The notes: generated by a model from the letters alone, not told the origin. Numbered from the stretch's first letter, positions 10,872 to 21,082 are shown. The stretch: DNA of 64,000 bases from an uncultured Eubacteriales bacterium (GCA_964354215.1 CAYGYT010000001.1:75199-139198), one strand, 5' to 3'. Made by a program: numbers and translations.

Positions 10872-11534
10872 ATGCAGACGCCCGCATCACGCCTCGCCGC
10901 GCTTGAGGCCGTCCTCTTTGACCTGGACGGAACGCTCATCGACAGCGTCGGACTCATCTTGGCGTCGTTCAGGTACGCGACCGAAACCGTTCTTGGCGAA
11001 GCGCTGCCCGACGACGTGATGATGCGTGATGTAGGACTACCGCTGGCCCGCCAGATGCGCGACTTCTCGGCTGAGCACGCCGAGGAGCTCCTGCGCGTCT
11101 ACCGCGAGCACAACGCCCGCTGGCACGACGAGCTCGTTCGCGCGTATCCCGAGACGGCCGAGACGCTCGTCTGGCTTGCCGCACGCGGACTCAGGCTCGG
11201 CGTGGTGACGTCGAAACACCAAGCGATGGCCCGCCGAGGACTCGCCGCATTCGACCTCGCGCGCTTCTTCGACGTCGTGGTGGGCGCGGACGACGTCACG
11301 CACCACAAGCCCGACCCGCATCCGTTGCTGGTCGCTGCCGAGACGCTCGGCGTGCCGATCGAACGATGCGCGTACGTAGGCGACAGCCCGCACGACATGG
11401 CCGCGGCGCGCGCGGCCGGATGCGTGGCGATCGCGGCGACGTGGGGCATCGGCACGCGCGAGGCGCTGGTTGCGGCGGGCGCGGAGCTGATGCTCGATAG
11501 CATGGTAGAGGTGCGGGAGGCGTTCGACGCGTGA
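10872..11534 (+). CDS. HAD-superfamily hydrolase (phosphoglycolate phosphatase / PpaX-like)
   Basis: Trimmed to the ATG at 10872 because the upstream part of the track ORF overlaps the peptidase gene. Motif I FDLDGTLIDS, motif II VVTSK, motif III K...GDSPHD. Confidence 0.85.
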   Translation: MQTPASRLAALEAVLFDLDGTLIDSVGLILASFRYATETVLGEALPDDVMMRDVGLPLARQMRDFSAEHAEELLRVYREHNARWHDELVRAYPETAETLVWLAARGLRLGVVTSKHQAMARRGLAAFDLARFFDVVVGADDVTHHKPDPHPLLVAAETLGVPIERCAYVGDSPHDMAAARAAGCVAIAATWGIGTREALVAAGAELMLDSMVEVREAFDA

Positions 11535-11680
11535 GGCGGGTCGGGTGCATGTACTTGCTGGCACGGCAGGTGCAACCTGCGACCAGCGATGTAGTATTCA
11601 TAGTCGACTGCGCCTTGGGTGGCGTCTGAGATGGAGAACTGCTGAGGTCAGGCGCTGAGGACCTCAGGGAAGGGGCTCCC

Positions 11681-14600
11681 ATGAGACTCGGAGATTCGAC
11701 ACATTCGCTCACGGCCTCGAGTGCCAGGGTTCTCCTGGTGCTGACCGCAGCTGCCATTGCACTCGCGCTCAGCGGCTCCGCGCTTGGCGAGGCCTTCCCG
11801 CTCACCACGGCTACGGCGGACCAGAACCCGTGGAACGACGTGTGGCTCACCGCTTCGGTCGGCGTTTCGCTCGAGGCGACGGACGGGGCGGGCGGCGCTG
11901 GTCCCGGCATCGATCGCATCGAGTACTGGATCACGCCTGAGGGCGGTTCGCCGTCGTTCGAGTCGACGACAACGAATCCGGCCTCGATCACGGTCTCGAC
12001 GGAGGGCACCACGACCTTCCAGTTCCGAGCCGTGGACAGCGCCCTGCAGGAGGAAGCGACCCAGACCACTACCGTCAAGATCGACCTCACAGACCCTGAA
12101 GTGACCGCTACGCCGATCGGCGACAACACGCCGAACGTGTCGTTCGACCTCTCGGTGGCCGACGCCATCTCGGGGCCGGCCGTGTTCGAGTACCGTATCG
12201 ACGAGGGCACGACCCAGACCGTCTCGGGAGTGGCGACCACCACACCCGCCGTCACGAAGTACGGCGACCACACGCTCCACTACTACGCGAAAGACGTCGC
12301 GGGCAGGGAGAAGAGCGGCTCAGTCGGCTTCTTCGTCACCGACGTGACCGCGCCTGTCACGACCGCCTCGCCCCCCAAGGCTGGCTGGGACGACGTGTGG
12401 CTCACGGCGACGCACGGCGTCTCGCTCCTGGCGGTTGATGGTCCCGACGGCTCGGGCGTGAACAGGATCGAGTACTGGATCACGCCTGAGGGCGGTTCGC
12501 CGGCGTTCGAGTCGACGACAACGAATCCGGCCTCGATCGCGTTCTCGACGGAGGGTACGACCACGTTGCAGTTCCGAGCCGTGGACAGCGCCCTGCAGGA
12601 GGAAGCGACCCAGACCACTACCGTCAAGATCGACCGCTCGGGACCCGACGTCCTCGTCGACAAGGGTCCCGACGCGCCGAGTGTGACGGTCACGATCACT
12701 GCGACCGACCCCTACTCGGGCCTGAAGGAACTCCGGTATCGCGCCGACTCCGACCCCGCTACGATCACCGCTCCTGGTGGGCAGGCGGTCAGGACGGTCA
12801 CCGGCCCGCTCGGCGTCCACTCTGTCACGTATGAGGCAGAGGACTCGATCGGACACGTGACGCAGGGCGTGGTGTTCTTCACCATCACCGACGAGACGAA
12901 ACCTTCGGTGGTAGCTACGATCCTCGGCAACAACACGACGAGCGCCCGCGCGAGCCTCGTCGCGTCCGACGGCGTCGGGGGTTCGGGCGTGGATAGGATC
13001 GAATACCGCGTCGACAGAGGCAGTACCACCTTCATCACGACACAGACGGTCGTGGGCGAGACGACGACCACCCCCGCGATCACGAGCGCAGGGTCCTACA
13101 CGCTGTTCTACTCGGTGCGAGACGTGGCCGGCAACGAGACCACTGGTACTGTCGCGTTCACCGTCGGCTCGAGTGGTGGCGGCGGAGGCGGCGGCGGAGG
13201 CGGTGGAAGTGGCGGCGGAGGCGGCGAGCCTCCGGACACGACGCCGCCGACCGTTAGCGCAGCTGTCTCGCTCTCGGGATGGACGAACGCCGCGGCCGTG
13301 AAGGTGACAGTCACCGCGTCCGACGACTCAGGCAATGTGACAGTCACGTACACGGGTGCCGCTCAACCTCAGACGGGCGCCTCACCGCAGACCGCCGTCG
13401 TCAACGTGACTGCCGAGGGCGTGACCACGGTCCGCTTCTCGGCGAGCGACGCGACGGGCCTCAAGGCCGAAGGGAGCGCGGTCGTGCAAATCGATCGCAC
13501 GTCGCCTCCCGCGCCGGTCAAGCCCTCGTACGTGTTCCTCACCGCCGACTCGGTCGGGCTCGCGTGGCTGGGCGTCGAGGACGCGCTTTCGGGCATGCTG
13601 CGCTACGACGTCTACGACGGGTCGACCAAGGTCGGCTCCACTACCGGCACGTCGTTCTCGGCGGGGGGTTTGGCGGCTAGTTCTGCCCACAGCTACGCAG
13701 TCGTCGCGGTCGACAAGGCGGGCAACCAGTCGCCGAAGAGCGATGTCCTCGCGGTCACCGTCCCGGTGGGCGAGGGCTCGGTGAACGTGGCTCCCGGCGC
13801 GAACGTGGCCGCGAGCGTGAACGTCCCCGTGGCAGCCGGTGGCACCCTCCCCGTGAAGGCGGCGTTCTCCAGCGTCACGAAGGCAGGCAAGCTGAGGATC
13901 ACGAGAGCGCTCACCCCGCCTCACCCCGCTGACCCGGACTTCGAGTTCGTGAACCAGTACTTCGACATCTCCTTCGACGGTACGTTCGTCGGTGCCGTGA
14001 CCGTCACGCTTCCCTACGATGCGGCGATGTCGGATGCCCGTGCCCGCAACCTCAAGCTCAAGCACTGGAAGAACAACGGTTGGGAGGACGTGCCGATCAC
14101 CGTCGACCTCGTTCGGCATACGATCACGGCCTCCGTAGCGTCGCTCTCGCCGGTCGCCCTCGCCGAGCGGCCGGGAGTGAACACCACGACTCGGGTAGTC
14201 ACACCCTCGAAGCTGGCGCCTGGCTACGGGCGCGCAGCGGTCGTCGTCGCGCGACTCGTCGACGCGTCGGGAACGGCGCTGCCACACAAAGCCATCAAGG
14301 TCGAAGTGAGCCGAAACAGGATTGCGTGGAGTGCCTCGGCGACCATGACGCCCGTGCGCGGCAAAGCGGGAAGCTACTCGATCGGACTGGCGACGATCGG
14401 CGGCGGCAGGACCTACGTGCGCGTGAGATTCGCCGCTGACGACTTCAACCAGGCGTCGAGCGCTGTAGTCACCGTCTTGCCGCAAGTTGACCTCACTGCC
14501 GTGAACGTGGCCGCGTCCCTGACTCGGACGACGACGCTGTCGGGAAGCATCAGGCCGGCACACCGCGCCGCAGTCACCGTCGAGCTGCGGAGGCAGATCT

Positions 14601-14770
14601 CCCGCACCAAATGGAGCACGAAGCGTGTGAGCCTTAAGACGAATGCGGCCGGGAAGTGGAGCGCGCGCATGACGTTCACTCCCGGCACGTGGAAGCTGCG
14701 AGTGGTGGCGCCGACCGACGCGAGTCACTCGGCGAGCGCGAGCCAGTATCGGGTCCTGTACGTGCGGTAG
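11681..14770 (+). CDS. secreted surface protein with at least 6 Ig-like repeat modules (OmpL47/chitobiase-C-like pattern), one FN3 domain, a poly-Gly linker and the shared C-terminal module
   Basis: 1029 aa. Signal peptide ...LLVLTAAAIALALSGSALGEA. Repeats include IEYWITPEGGSP.FESTTTNPASI..STEGTTT.QFRAVD....E.TQTTTVKID. FN3-like PPAPVKPSYVFLTADSVGLAWLGVEDALSGMLRYDVY...YAVVAVDKAGNQS. Confidence 0.85.
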   Translation: MRLGDSTHSLTASSARVLLVLTAAAIALALSGSALGEAFPLTTATADQNPWNDVWLTASVGVSLEATDGAGGAGPGIDRIEYWITPEGGSPSFESTTTNPASITVSTEGTTTFQFRAVDSALQEEATQTTTVKIDLTDPEVTATPIGDNTPNVSFDLSVADAISGPAVFEYRIDEGTTQTVSGVATTTPAVTKYGDHTLHYYAKDVAGREKSGSVGFFVTDVTAPVTTASPPKAGWDDVWLTATHGVSLLAVDGPDGSGVNRIEYWITPEGGSPAFESTTTNPASIAFSTEGTTTLQFRAVDSALQEEATQTTTVKIDRSGPDVLVDKGPDAPSVTVTITATDPYSGLKELRYRADSDPATITAPGGQAVRTVTGPLGVHSVTYEAEDSIGHVTQGVVFFTITDETKPSVVATILGNNTTSARASLVASDGVGGSGVDRIEYRVDRGSTTFITTQTVVGETTTTPAITSAGSYTLFYSVRDVAGNETTGTVAFTVGSSGGGGGGGGGGGSGGGGGEPPDTTPPTVSAAVSLSGWTNAAAVKVTVTASDDSGNVTVTYTGAAQPQTGASPQTAVVNVTAEGVTTVRFSASDATGLKAEGSAVVQIDRTSPPAPVKPSYVFLTADSVGLAWLGVEDALSGMLRYDVYDGSTKVGSTTGTSFSAGGLAASSAHSYAVVAVDKAGNQSPKSDVLAVTVPVGEGSVNVAPGANVAASVNVPVAAGGTLPVKAAFSSVTKAGKLRITRALTPPHPADPDFEFVNQYFDISFDGTFVGAVTVTLPYDAAMSDARARNLKLKHWKNNGWEDVPITVDLVRHTITASVASLSPVALAERPGVNTTTRVVTPSKLAPGYGRAAVVVARLVDASGTALPHKAIKVEVSRNRIAWSASATMTPVRGKAGSYSIGLATIGGGRTYVRVRFAADDFNQASSAVVTVLPQVDLTAVNVAASLTRTTTLSGSIRPAHRAAVTVELRRQISRTKWSTKRVSLKTNAAGKWSARMTFTPGTWKLRVVAPTDASHSASASQYRVLYVR
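11918..12086 (+). repeat. intragenic direct repeat, copy 1 (169-nt high-identity core)
   Basis: Hand alignment to 12467..12635 shows about 8 mismatches in 169 nt. Lower-identity similarity extends from about 11831. Confidence 0.85.
12467..12635 (+). repeat. intragenic direct repeat, copy 2 (offset 549 nt = 183 codons)
   Basis: Same core sequence as 11918..12086, in frame. Encodes IEYWITPEGGSPAFESTTTNPASIAFSTEGTTTLQFRAVDSALQEEATQTTTVKID. Confidence 0.85.
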
Positions 14771-14963
14771 GCCTGCCCGCTCGGATTCAGCGACAGTGCC
14801 TTCCCCGTGGGGCGCTGCTGGCTGGCTTGTCGCTATGTTGTCACCTGCCGACTTGCGCTCAAGCCGTGCCGCGCCCCCGAGCGTGCGTTAGAGTGGACAC
14901 GTCACCTGCGGGACTGCCTGACCGGTGCGCCCTCGCGCTTCCGGACCGTGAGGAGGTTCGTCT

Positions 14964-16433
14964 GTGTCACGTCGTGGCAAGATCATCGCAGCGGTCGTTG
15001 TCGTACTCGTAGTGGCGGGCATCGCGGGGTTCTTCGTGCTTCGCTCGCAGGGAGCGGGTCCCGAGGTCGAAACCGCGACCGTCGAAGACCGGGAGCTCTC
15101 CGTTCTCGTGCAAGCCTCCGGAAAGGTCGAGACGGGCGTGAAGGCCGATCTCTTCCCGCCCACGGCAGGCACGCTCGAGTCGGTGTCCGTTGCGGACGGC
15201 CAGAGCGTGACGGCTGGCCAGGAGATCGCGGCTATGGACACCGCTCCACTCGAGCTGCAAGTGACACAGGCCGAGGCAGGAGTGAAGCAGGCCCAGGCCC
15301 AGGTCGATGCTGCCGACATCCAGGAACCCTCGAGCGCTGAACTCAACGCGGCGAGAGCCAACGTCACGGCGACTCGACAAGCGTACGATGCGGCGCGTGC
15401 CGCACTCGCCAGCGTAGACAGCCAGGCGCCGACCTCAGCGCAGATCCAGGCGGCGCAGGCGGGTACGAAGGCCGCGAAGACCTCGTATGACAACGCCTCA
15501 CGTGCGTATGACGCTGCCGTCGCGGCCTCTCCCAATCCATCCACGGACGCTACCGTCGCGGTCGCGGCGGCGCAGCGCGACCAGGCGTACGCGGGGTACC
15601 TGAGTGCGAAGGCGACCGAGGACCAACTGACCTCCACCAGTCTTGACGCGGCGACCGCGCAGGCTACCGCGGGCGTCGATCAGGCGTACGCGGCGTACCA
15701 AGGCGCCCAGGCGCAGCTCGACAAGCTCGAGCGCTCGAGCGGCAGCGGCTCGAAAGCGGCGGCGGAGGCCGGCCTCGCTCAGGCGCGGGAGGCGCTTTCG
15801 GTGGCCCAATCCAATCTCAAGAGGGCGACCTTCGTGGCGCCCATCGACGGCGTCGTGCTGTTCAACCCGCTCGGCACTCCCGGCGCCGACGGGCAGATTC
15901 CGAAGGCATCGGCAGGTGCAGCCGTCGGGCCGCAATCCCCGCCGTTCACGGTCGTCGACCTTGCCGGCGTCCGCTTCACGGCCGAGGTGGACGAAGCCGA
16001 CATCGACCGCGTCAAGACCGGCATGGAGGGCGAGATCAGGCTCGATGCCTTCCCAGCCGACACGTTCAAGAGCCGCGTCATCGAAGTCCGAACGGCGGCG
16101 CAGCAGACGGCCACCGGCGGCACTGTCTTTCCCGTAGACATGTCGCTCGAAGACACCGGCAGGAACGTGCTCATCGGCATGAAGGGCGATTCGAGCATCT
16201 CGGTGTCGTCCATCGGCAACGCCGTGGTGATCCCGGTCGAGGCGCTCTTCGATCAGAACGGCAAGAGCTACGTGTACGTCGTGAAGGACGGCCGCCTGGC
16301 GAGAGTCGACATCACCGCGGGTGCGGTGACCGACACGAACGTGCAGGTGCTGAGCGGCCTCGAACCCGGGCAGGTCGTCGCCCTCTCGGGTTCCGTCGAG
16401 TACACGGACGGCATGACCGTTCGCACCAAGTAG
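14964..16433 (+). CDS. efflux transporter periplasmic-adaptor (HlyD/MacA-like membrane fusion) protein
   Basis: 489 aa, GTG start. N-terminal TM IIAAVVVVLVVAGIAGFFVL, a long Ala/Gln-rich coiled-coil hairpin and a C-terminal beta-barrel region. Directly upstream of MacB-type ATPase and permease genes. Confidence 0.85.
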   Translation: MSRRGKIIAAVVVVLVVAGIAGFFVLRSQGAGPEVETATVEDRELSVLVQASGKVETGVKADLFPPTAGTLESVSVADGQSVTAGQEIAAMDTAPLELQVTQAEAGVKQAQAQVDAADIQEPSSAELNAARANVTATRQAYDAARAALASVDSQAPTSAQIQAAQAGTKAAKTSYDNASRAYDAAVAASPNPSTDATVAVAAAQRDQAYAGYLSAKATEDQLTSTSLDAATAQATAGVDQAYAAYQGAQAQLDKLERSSGSGSKAAAEAGLAQAREALSVAQSNLKRATFVAPIDGVVLFNPLGTPGADGQIPKASAGAAVGPQSPPFTVVDLAGVRFTAEVDEADIDRVKTGMEGEIRLDAFPADTFKSRVIEVRTAAQQTATGGTVFPVDMSLEDTGRNVLIGMKGDSSISVSSIGNAVVIPVEALFDQNGKSYVYVVKDGRLARVDITAGAVTDTNVQVLSGLEPGQVVALSGSVEYTDGMTVRTK

Positions 16434-16463
16434 TCCGGCCGATGGCAGCATCTTCGCTCTCCC

Positions 16464-17336
16464 GTGGTATCGATGGCTGACGGGCGAAACATGGACGGCG
16501 ACGAGTTCCTCGGCGGGCGCGAGGTCCACGGCTGCGACGAAGAGGATCGCGTCGTGATCGAGGCGCGCGACGTGACAAAGTGCTACCACCTCGAGGGCAT
16601 CGACGTTGAGGCGCTGCGCGGCGTGGATCTTCAGATTTGCGCCGGGGAGATGCTCGCCATCATGGGACCATCGGGATCCGGCAAGTCGACGCTGATGCAC
16701 ATCATCGGCCTGCTCGATCATCCGACCGAAGGTACCGTCACGGTCGAGGGCGAGGACGTCTCCGACATGGAACCGAACCAGCTTGCCGCGGTGAGGAACA
16801 AGCGGATCGGGTTCGTGTTCCAGTCGTTCAATCTGCTCCCGCGAACGTCGGCCACGGCGAACGTCGAGCTCCCGCTCATCTACTCTGGCTTTCCGGGCGC
16901 AAAGCGTACCCAGCTCGCGCGGGCAGCGCTCGAGCGGGTAGGTCTGGGCGACCGTCTCGGCCACTTCCCCAATCAGCTCTCGGGCGGCCAACAGCAGCGA
17001 GTCGCAATCGCGCGCGCATTGGTCACCGAGCCGAGCATCGTGCTCGCCGATGAGCCCACCGGAAACTTGGACTCGCGCTCAGGCGTCGAGGTCATGGCGA
17101 TCCTGCAGGAGCTCAACAATCTGGGGATCACCGTCGTGATCGTCACCCACGACGCCAACGTGGCGCGACATGCGAAGCGCGTCGTGCACACCCGGGACGG
17201 CCTGATCGTGCGAGAGGAAGCTGTCGACGACCGCGTGAACGCGATCGAGGAGCTCGCCGAGCTGAACGGCGGGGCCGACGCAGCGGCGGCCGGCCCTGTT
17301 CCTGAAAGGCCGACCGCACAGGAGTCCGCGACGTGA
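16464..17336 (+). CDS. ABC transporter ATP-binding protein (MacB/LolD-type)
   Basis: Walker A GPSGSGKST, signature LSGGQQQRVAIARAL, Walker B IVLADEPT. Start could instead be the ATG at 16491. Confidence 0.9.
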   Translation: MVSMADGRNMDGDEFLGGREVHGCDEEDRVVIEARDVTKCYHLEGIDVEALRGVDLQICAGEMLAIMGPSGSGKSTLMHIIGLLDHPTEGTVTVEGEDVSDMEPNQLAAVRNKRIGFVFQSFNLLPRTSATANVELPLIYSGFPGAKRTQLARAALERVGLGDRLGHFPNQLSGGQQQRVAIARALVTEPSIVLADEPTGNLDSRSGVEVMAILQELNNLGITVVIVTHDANVARHAKRVVHTRDGLIVREEAVDDRVNAIEELAELNGGADAAAAGPVPERPTAQESAT

Positions 17337-18535
17337 ACCTCTTCGAGAGCTTCCGCATCGCACTCAGGGCGCTCAATGCCAACAAGGTTCGAAGCGCGCT
17401 CACGATGCTCGGCGTCATCATCGGCGTGGCCGCGGTCATCCTGCTCGTGTCGATTGGGACCGGCGTCCAGGACCAGGTTACCGGGTCGATCGAGGGCCTC
17501 GGTTCGAACTTGCTGTTCGTGTTCCCGTACAACATGGAGGCGGCCCAGGAGGGCGGCGGGGGTGGTCCGGGAGGCATGTCATCGACGAAGCAGTTCACGA
17601 ACGCCGACGCCGACCTGCTCAGCCGCCGTCTCGGGAGCGCGGCCATTGTCGTACCGGTTGTGCAGGCCCCGGGGCAGCTCCGGGTCGGGAACCGGACGAT
17701 GCGTACGACCATCGCCGCGGGCACGGCCGAGGGCGACGAGGTCTTCACCGCCGAACTGGATGCCGGACGCCACTACACCCGTAGCGAGTGGGCCTCTGCA
17801 GCGCGCGTAGTCGCCATCGGCAGTTCGGTGCGCAACAAGCTCTTCCCATCTGAGAACCCGATCGGGAAGCAGCTGAACATCAACGGACAGCGCTTCGCGG
17901 TGATCGGCCACTACAAGGCCCAGGGTGGCGGGTTCGGCGGGGACCAGGACAACCAGATCTACATGCCCAATACCACGGCGCAGCGCCTCATTGGCGTCGA
18001 CGACCTGAGCCAGATCACCATCAAGGCCAACGACCCCGAGGACGTCGATCTCATCAAGGCGCAAGTCGAACGCGTGCTTCGCCCGCGCTTCGGTGAGGAT
18101 TTCACCGTGTTCACGCAGGAGCAGACGCTCGGCATTCTATCCCAGCTGCTCGGGACGCTCACCGCTATGCTTGCCGGCCTTGCGAGCATCTCGCTCCTGG
18201 TCGGCGGTATCGGCATCATGAACATCATGCTCGTGAGCGTGAGCGAGAGGACGCGCGAGATCGGCATCAGAAAGGCTGTCGGTGCTCGCACCTACGACAT
18301 CCTGTCCCAGTTCGTCATCGAGGCGGTGGTGCTCTCCGTGGTGGGAGGAGCGCTCGGTATCCTCATGGGCAGCGGCGGCGCATTCGCCCTGCAAACGTGG
18401 ATTCCGGCTGTCGTGACGCCGTGGGCCGTGGTTCTCGCTTTCTTCTTCTCGGCGGCGGTGGGCGTCTTCTTCGGCGTGTATCCCGCGTACCGTGCGTCGC
18501 GGCTCGATCCGATCGAGGCGCTGCGGTACGAGTAG
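17333..18535 (+). CDS. ABC transporter permease (MacB/FtsX family)
   Basis: 400 aa. 4-nt GTGA overlap with the ATPase gene. N-terminal TM, a large extracytoplasmic domain, and a C-terminal FtsX-type 3-TM bundle with the REIGIRKAVGA motif. Confidence 0.9.
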   Translation: MNLFESFRIALRALNANKVRSALTMLGVIIGVAAVILLVSIGTGVQDQVTGSIEGLGSNLLFVFPYNMEAAQEGGGGGPGGMSSTKQFTNADADLLSRRLGSAAIVVPVVQAPGQLRVGNRTMRTTIAAGTAEGDEVFTAELDAGRHYTRSEWASAARVVAIGSSVRNKLFPSENPIGKQLNINGQRFAVIGHYKAQGGGFGGDQDNQIYMPNTTAQRLIGVDDLSQITIKANDPEDVDLIKAQVERVLRPRFGEDFTVFTQEQTLGILSQLLGTLTAMLAGLASISLLVGGIGIMNIMLVSVSERTREIGIRKAVGARTYDILSQFVIEAVVLSVVGGALGILMGSGGAFALQTWIPAVVTPWAVVLAFFFSAAVGVFFGVYPAYRASRLDPIEALRYE

Positions 18536-18594
18536 GGACGCCGGACGGACGGCGGAGCTTGCCGAGGGTGTGCGGCGCAGGACGGGGCGAAGCG

Positions 18595-19086
18595 CTACGA
18601 GCTGAAGTCGCTCGGCTCGATGTTGTCGAGGAAGTCGCGGAACGCTTCGACCTCGGCCTCCTCATCGAAATCGGGCTCTGACTCGACCGCCGCCTCCTCG
18701 AGAACAGCCTCGGCGACGAACAGTGGCGCGCCTGCTCTAATCGCGAGTGCGATCGAATCGGACGGACGCGCATCGAGGGCGTACGTGCGCTCCTCGCCCT
18801 GGAGGATGAGGGCAGCGTAGAAGGTCCCCTCTTCCAGTCGCGTGATCTCCACACGCTGCACGAGGTAGCCGAGGGTCTCGACCATATCCTGCATGAGGTC
18901 GTGCGTCATCGGGCGGGGCGGCTCGGCGCCCTGCAGCGCGAGCAGGATAGACGTCGCCTCGGGTGTGCCGATCCAGATGGGCAGCACGCGGTTGTGACCG
19001 GCCTCCTCGGCAAGCGGGCGCAGGATGATGACCGGGGAGTTCGAACGAGAGTCGACACCCAGGCTCGCAATCCTCACTTCGATCAT
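18595..19086 (-). CDS. bifunctional nuclease family protein (DUF151/BFN)
   Basis: Trimmed to the ATG at 19086 (MIEVRIASLGVD...). Family pattern ...PVIILRP...RVLPIWIG..EA.SI...L.G...PRPMTHDL, with an acidic C-terminal tail. Confidence 0.8.
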   Translation of the reverse strand: MIEVRIASLGVDSRSNSPVIILRPLAEEAGHNRVLPIWIGTPEATSILLALQGAEPPRPMTHDLMQDMVETLGYLVQRVEITRLEEGTFYAALILQGEERTYALDARPSDSIALAIRAGAPLFVAEAVLEEAAVESEPDFDEEAEVEAFRDFLDNIEPSDFSS

Positions 19087-19210
19087 CCTGACCAGCTCCC
19101 TGTCATGTGCCCCTACGCTGCTCGGCTGCCATTTCGTGCACGATGGGAGCCTGCGAAGGGTACGAGTATCTCTGTACCCGTGTTCGCACATTCTAGGCCA
19201 GGGAGGCGTC

Positions 19211-19609
19211 ATGCGACTCGACGTTCACACGCGCGAGCGCCAGGAGTTCGTCGACGTGACCCGCGAGGTTGCCCGAGCGGTCGAAGAGAGCGGCAAGAAG
19301 GATGGGGTCGTGGTCGTGTTCTGCCCGCATACAACGGCCGGCGTGACGATCAACGAGCACGCGGATCCCGATGTGGCCGAGGACATCTTGGGGTGGCTCG
19401 GCAGGACGTGTCCGCGTGGCGGCGACTGGCGTCACTGTGAGGGGAACTCGGACGGTCACGTGAAAGCGACGCTCGTCGGATCCAGCGTGACGGTACCCGT
19501 GAGCAGCGGGCGAATGCAGCTGGGAACCTGGCAAGGCATCTTCTTCTGCGAGTTCGACGGGCCGAGGAGTCGGAAGCTCGAGGTCAGAGTACTCCCAGAG
19601 CGCGACTGA
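19211..19609 (+). CDS. YjbQ/UPF0047 family protein (secondary thiamine-phosphate synthase-like)
   Basis: Trimmed to the ATG at 19211 with GGGAGG 4 nt upstream. Motifs HTTAGVTINE and EGNSDGHVKATL. Confidence 0.85.
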   Translation: MRLDVHTRERQEFVDVTREVARAVEESGKKDGVVVVFCPHTTAGVTINEHADPDVAEDILGWLGRTCPRGGDWRHCEGNSDGHVKATLVGSSVTVPVSSGRMQLGTWQGIFFCEFDGPRSRKLEVRVLPERD

Positions 19610-19753
19610 TACCGCCGCCCGTACAGAGCGGCTGGTCGGAACGTGCTGAGCAGGGCCCTGCATGGAGCACCCGAACTGGGTATACATTCCTGTGATTGTT
19701 CTGCACGCCGCAAGTGCTGGCACCTGCGGGACACAAGGGGGAGGGGAGCTGTC

Positions 19754-21058
19754 ATGAAGATCGAGGTCCGAGTCGTCTCGTGGCGAAGGGCTACCGTTGC
19801 CATTCTCGTGCTCTGTCTGCTCACGGGAGTCGCGTGGGTCTCGCTTCCGGCGCACGCTCAGTCTGGCTCGAGGCAGGTGTCTGCTGCGCTCTCACCCTAT
19901 GTCTGGGACGAAGCGTGGTTCGGCGACCGCTACATCAACTACCTCCACACCCCCAAGGGCGTCGCTGTCGATAGTGCGGGCAGAGTCTACGGCTCCAGCG
20001 TAGGGAACAACCGGATCGTGCGGTACGGCGTCGATGGAAGCCGTGAGCTCAGCTGGGGGCAGCGCGGTTCGGCGCTCGGGCAACTCCTGTACCCGCGCGA
20101 CGTTGCGGTCGATGGCGAGGGGAACGTCTACGTCGCCGATACCGCCAACGACCGCGTACAGAAGTACAGCCCCACAGGGAAGCCCATTCTCGTATTCGGC
20201 GCGACCGGCCGCGGTCTCGGAGAGCTCTTGGGGCCTCAGGGTGTTGCCATCGGGCTTCTCGGCGCGGTGTACGTCTCGGACTGGAGCAACGATCGCATCC
20301 AGGTTTACTCGGCGAGCGGCGCGTACGGGTTTCCCATCGGCGGGACCGGAAGCGCGCCGGGTCAGCTCGACGGGCCGAGCGGGCTTGGAACGGACTCTGC
20401 CGGCAACGTGTACGTGGCCGACTACTTCAACCACCGCGTCCAGGTCTTCGCGCCCGGCGGAGAACTCGTGAGGGTGATCGGCAAGAAGGGCACCGCGCTG
20501 GGCGAATTCAACGGCCCGGTGGACGTCGCTGTGGGTCTGGACGGCAGCATGTTCGTGGCCGATAGCGGGAACCGAAGGGTGCAGCGGCTTACCATTCAGG
20601 GGGTCTGGTCCGAGTTCGGACCACAGACAAGCCCCGCGGGCTACGACGACACCAACGTCGCCAGCGTCGCCGTGGATCGTGCGGGCAACGTCTACGTGGC
20701 CAACACGAACGACGACCGGATCGACCGGTTCACGCCGCGGGGCGCCAAGGTGGTCCTGACGAAACCCGTCCTGCTGACGAAGTACCCCCGTGCGGGACGC
20801 TCGTTCGAGGTGAGCGCATCGTCTCGGCCGGTGCACCACTCGATGCGCGATCGTGTCTACTGGGAGTTGAGAAAGACGGGCTCGACGCGCGTCACCATCG
20901 TCAAGCCGACCCGGAACTACCCCGGACGCCGCTGGGTCTACTACAAGAAGTCGTTCAAGCTCCCTGCGGGTTCATACTCGATACGCGCGGTGTCCCCCGC
21001 GGACAGCGAGCACGCGAAGACGACGAGCGCGTATCTCTACTTCACTCTGCGACGCTAG
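19754..21058 (+). CDS. secreted NHL-repeat (six-bladed beta-propeller) protein carrying the shared C-terminal module
   Basis: Trimmed to the ATG at 19754 (RBS GGGGGAGGGGA). Signal peptide ...VAILVLCLLTGVAWVSLPAHAQ. Repeated P.GVAVD..GNVYVAD..N.RV.. units. Confidence 0.85.
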   Translation: MKIEVRVVSWRRATVAILVLCLLTGVAWVSLPAHAQSGSRQVSAALSPYVWDEAWFGDRYINYLHTPKGVAVDSAGRVYGSSVGNNRIVRYGVDGSRELSWGQRGSALGQLLYPRDVAVDGEGNVYVADTANDRVQKYSPTGKPILVFGATGRGLGELLGPQGVAIGLLGAVYVSDWSNDRIQVYSASGAYGFPIGGTGSAPGQLDGPSGLGTDSAGNVYVADYFNHRVQVFAPGGELVRVIGKKGTALGEFNGPVDVAVGLDGSMFVADSGNRRVQRLTIQGVWSEFGPQTSPAGYDDTNVASVAVDRAGNVYVANTNDDRIDRFTPRGAKVVLTKPVLLTKYPRAGRSFEVSASSRPVHHSMRDRVYWELRKTGSTRVTIVKPTRNYPGRRWVYYKKSFKLPAGSYSIRAVSPADSEHAKTTSAYLYFTLRR

Positions 21059-21082
21059 CAGACAGTGGGTCGCAGAGGGACC

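Noticed and set aside
11642-11667. 8-bp hairpin (CTGAGGTC-N10-GACCTCAG) 14 nt upstream of the ATG of the 1029-aa surface protein.
   Set aside because: It is ambiguous between a weak terminator for the HAD gene and a 5'-UTR structure. There is not enough evidence for either call.
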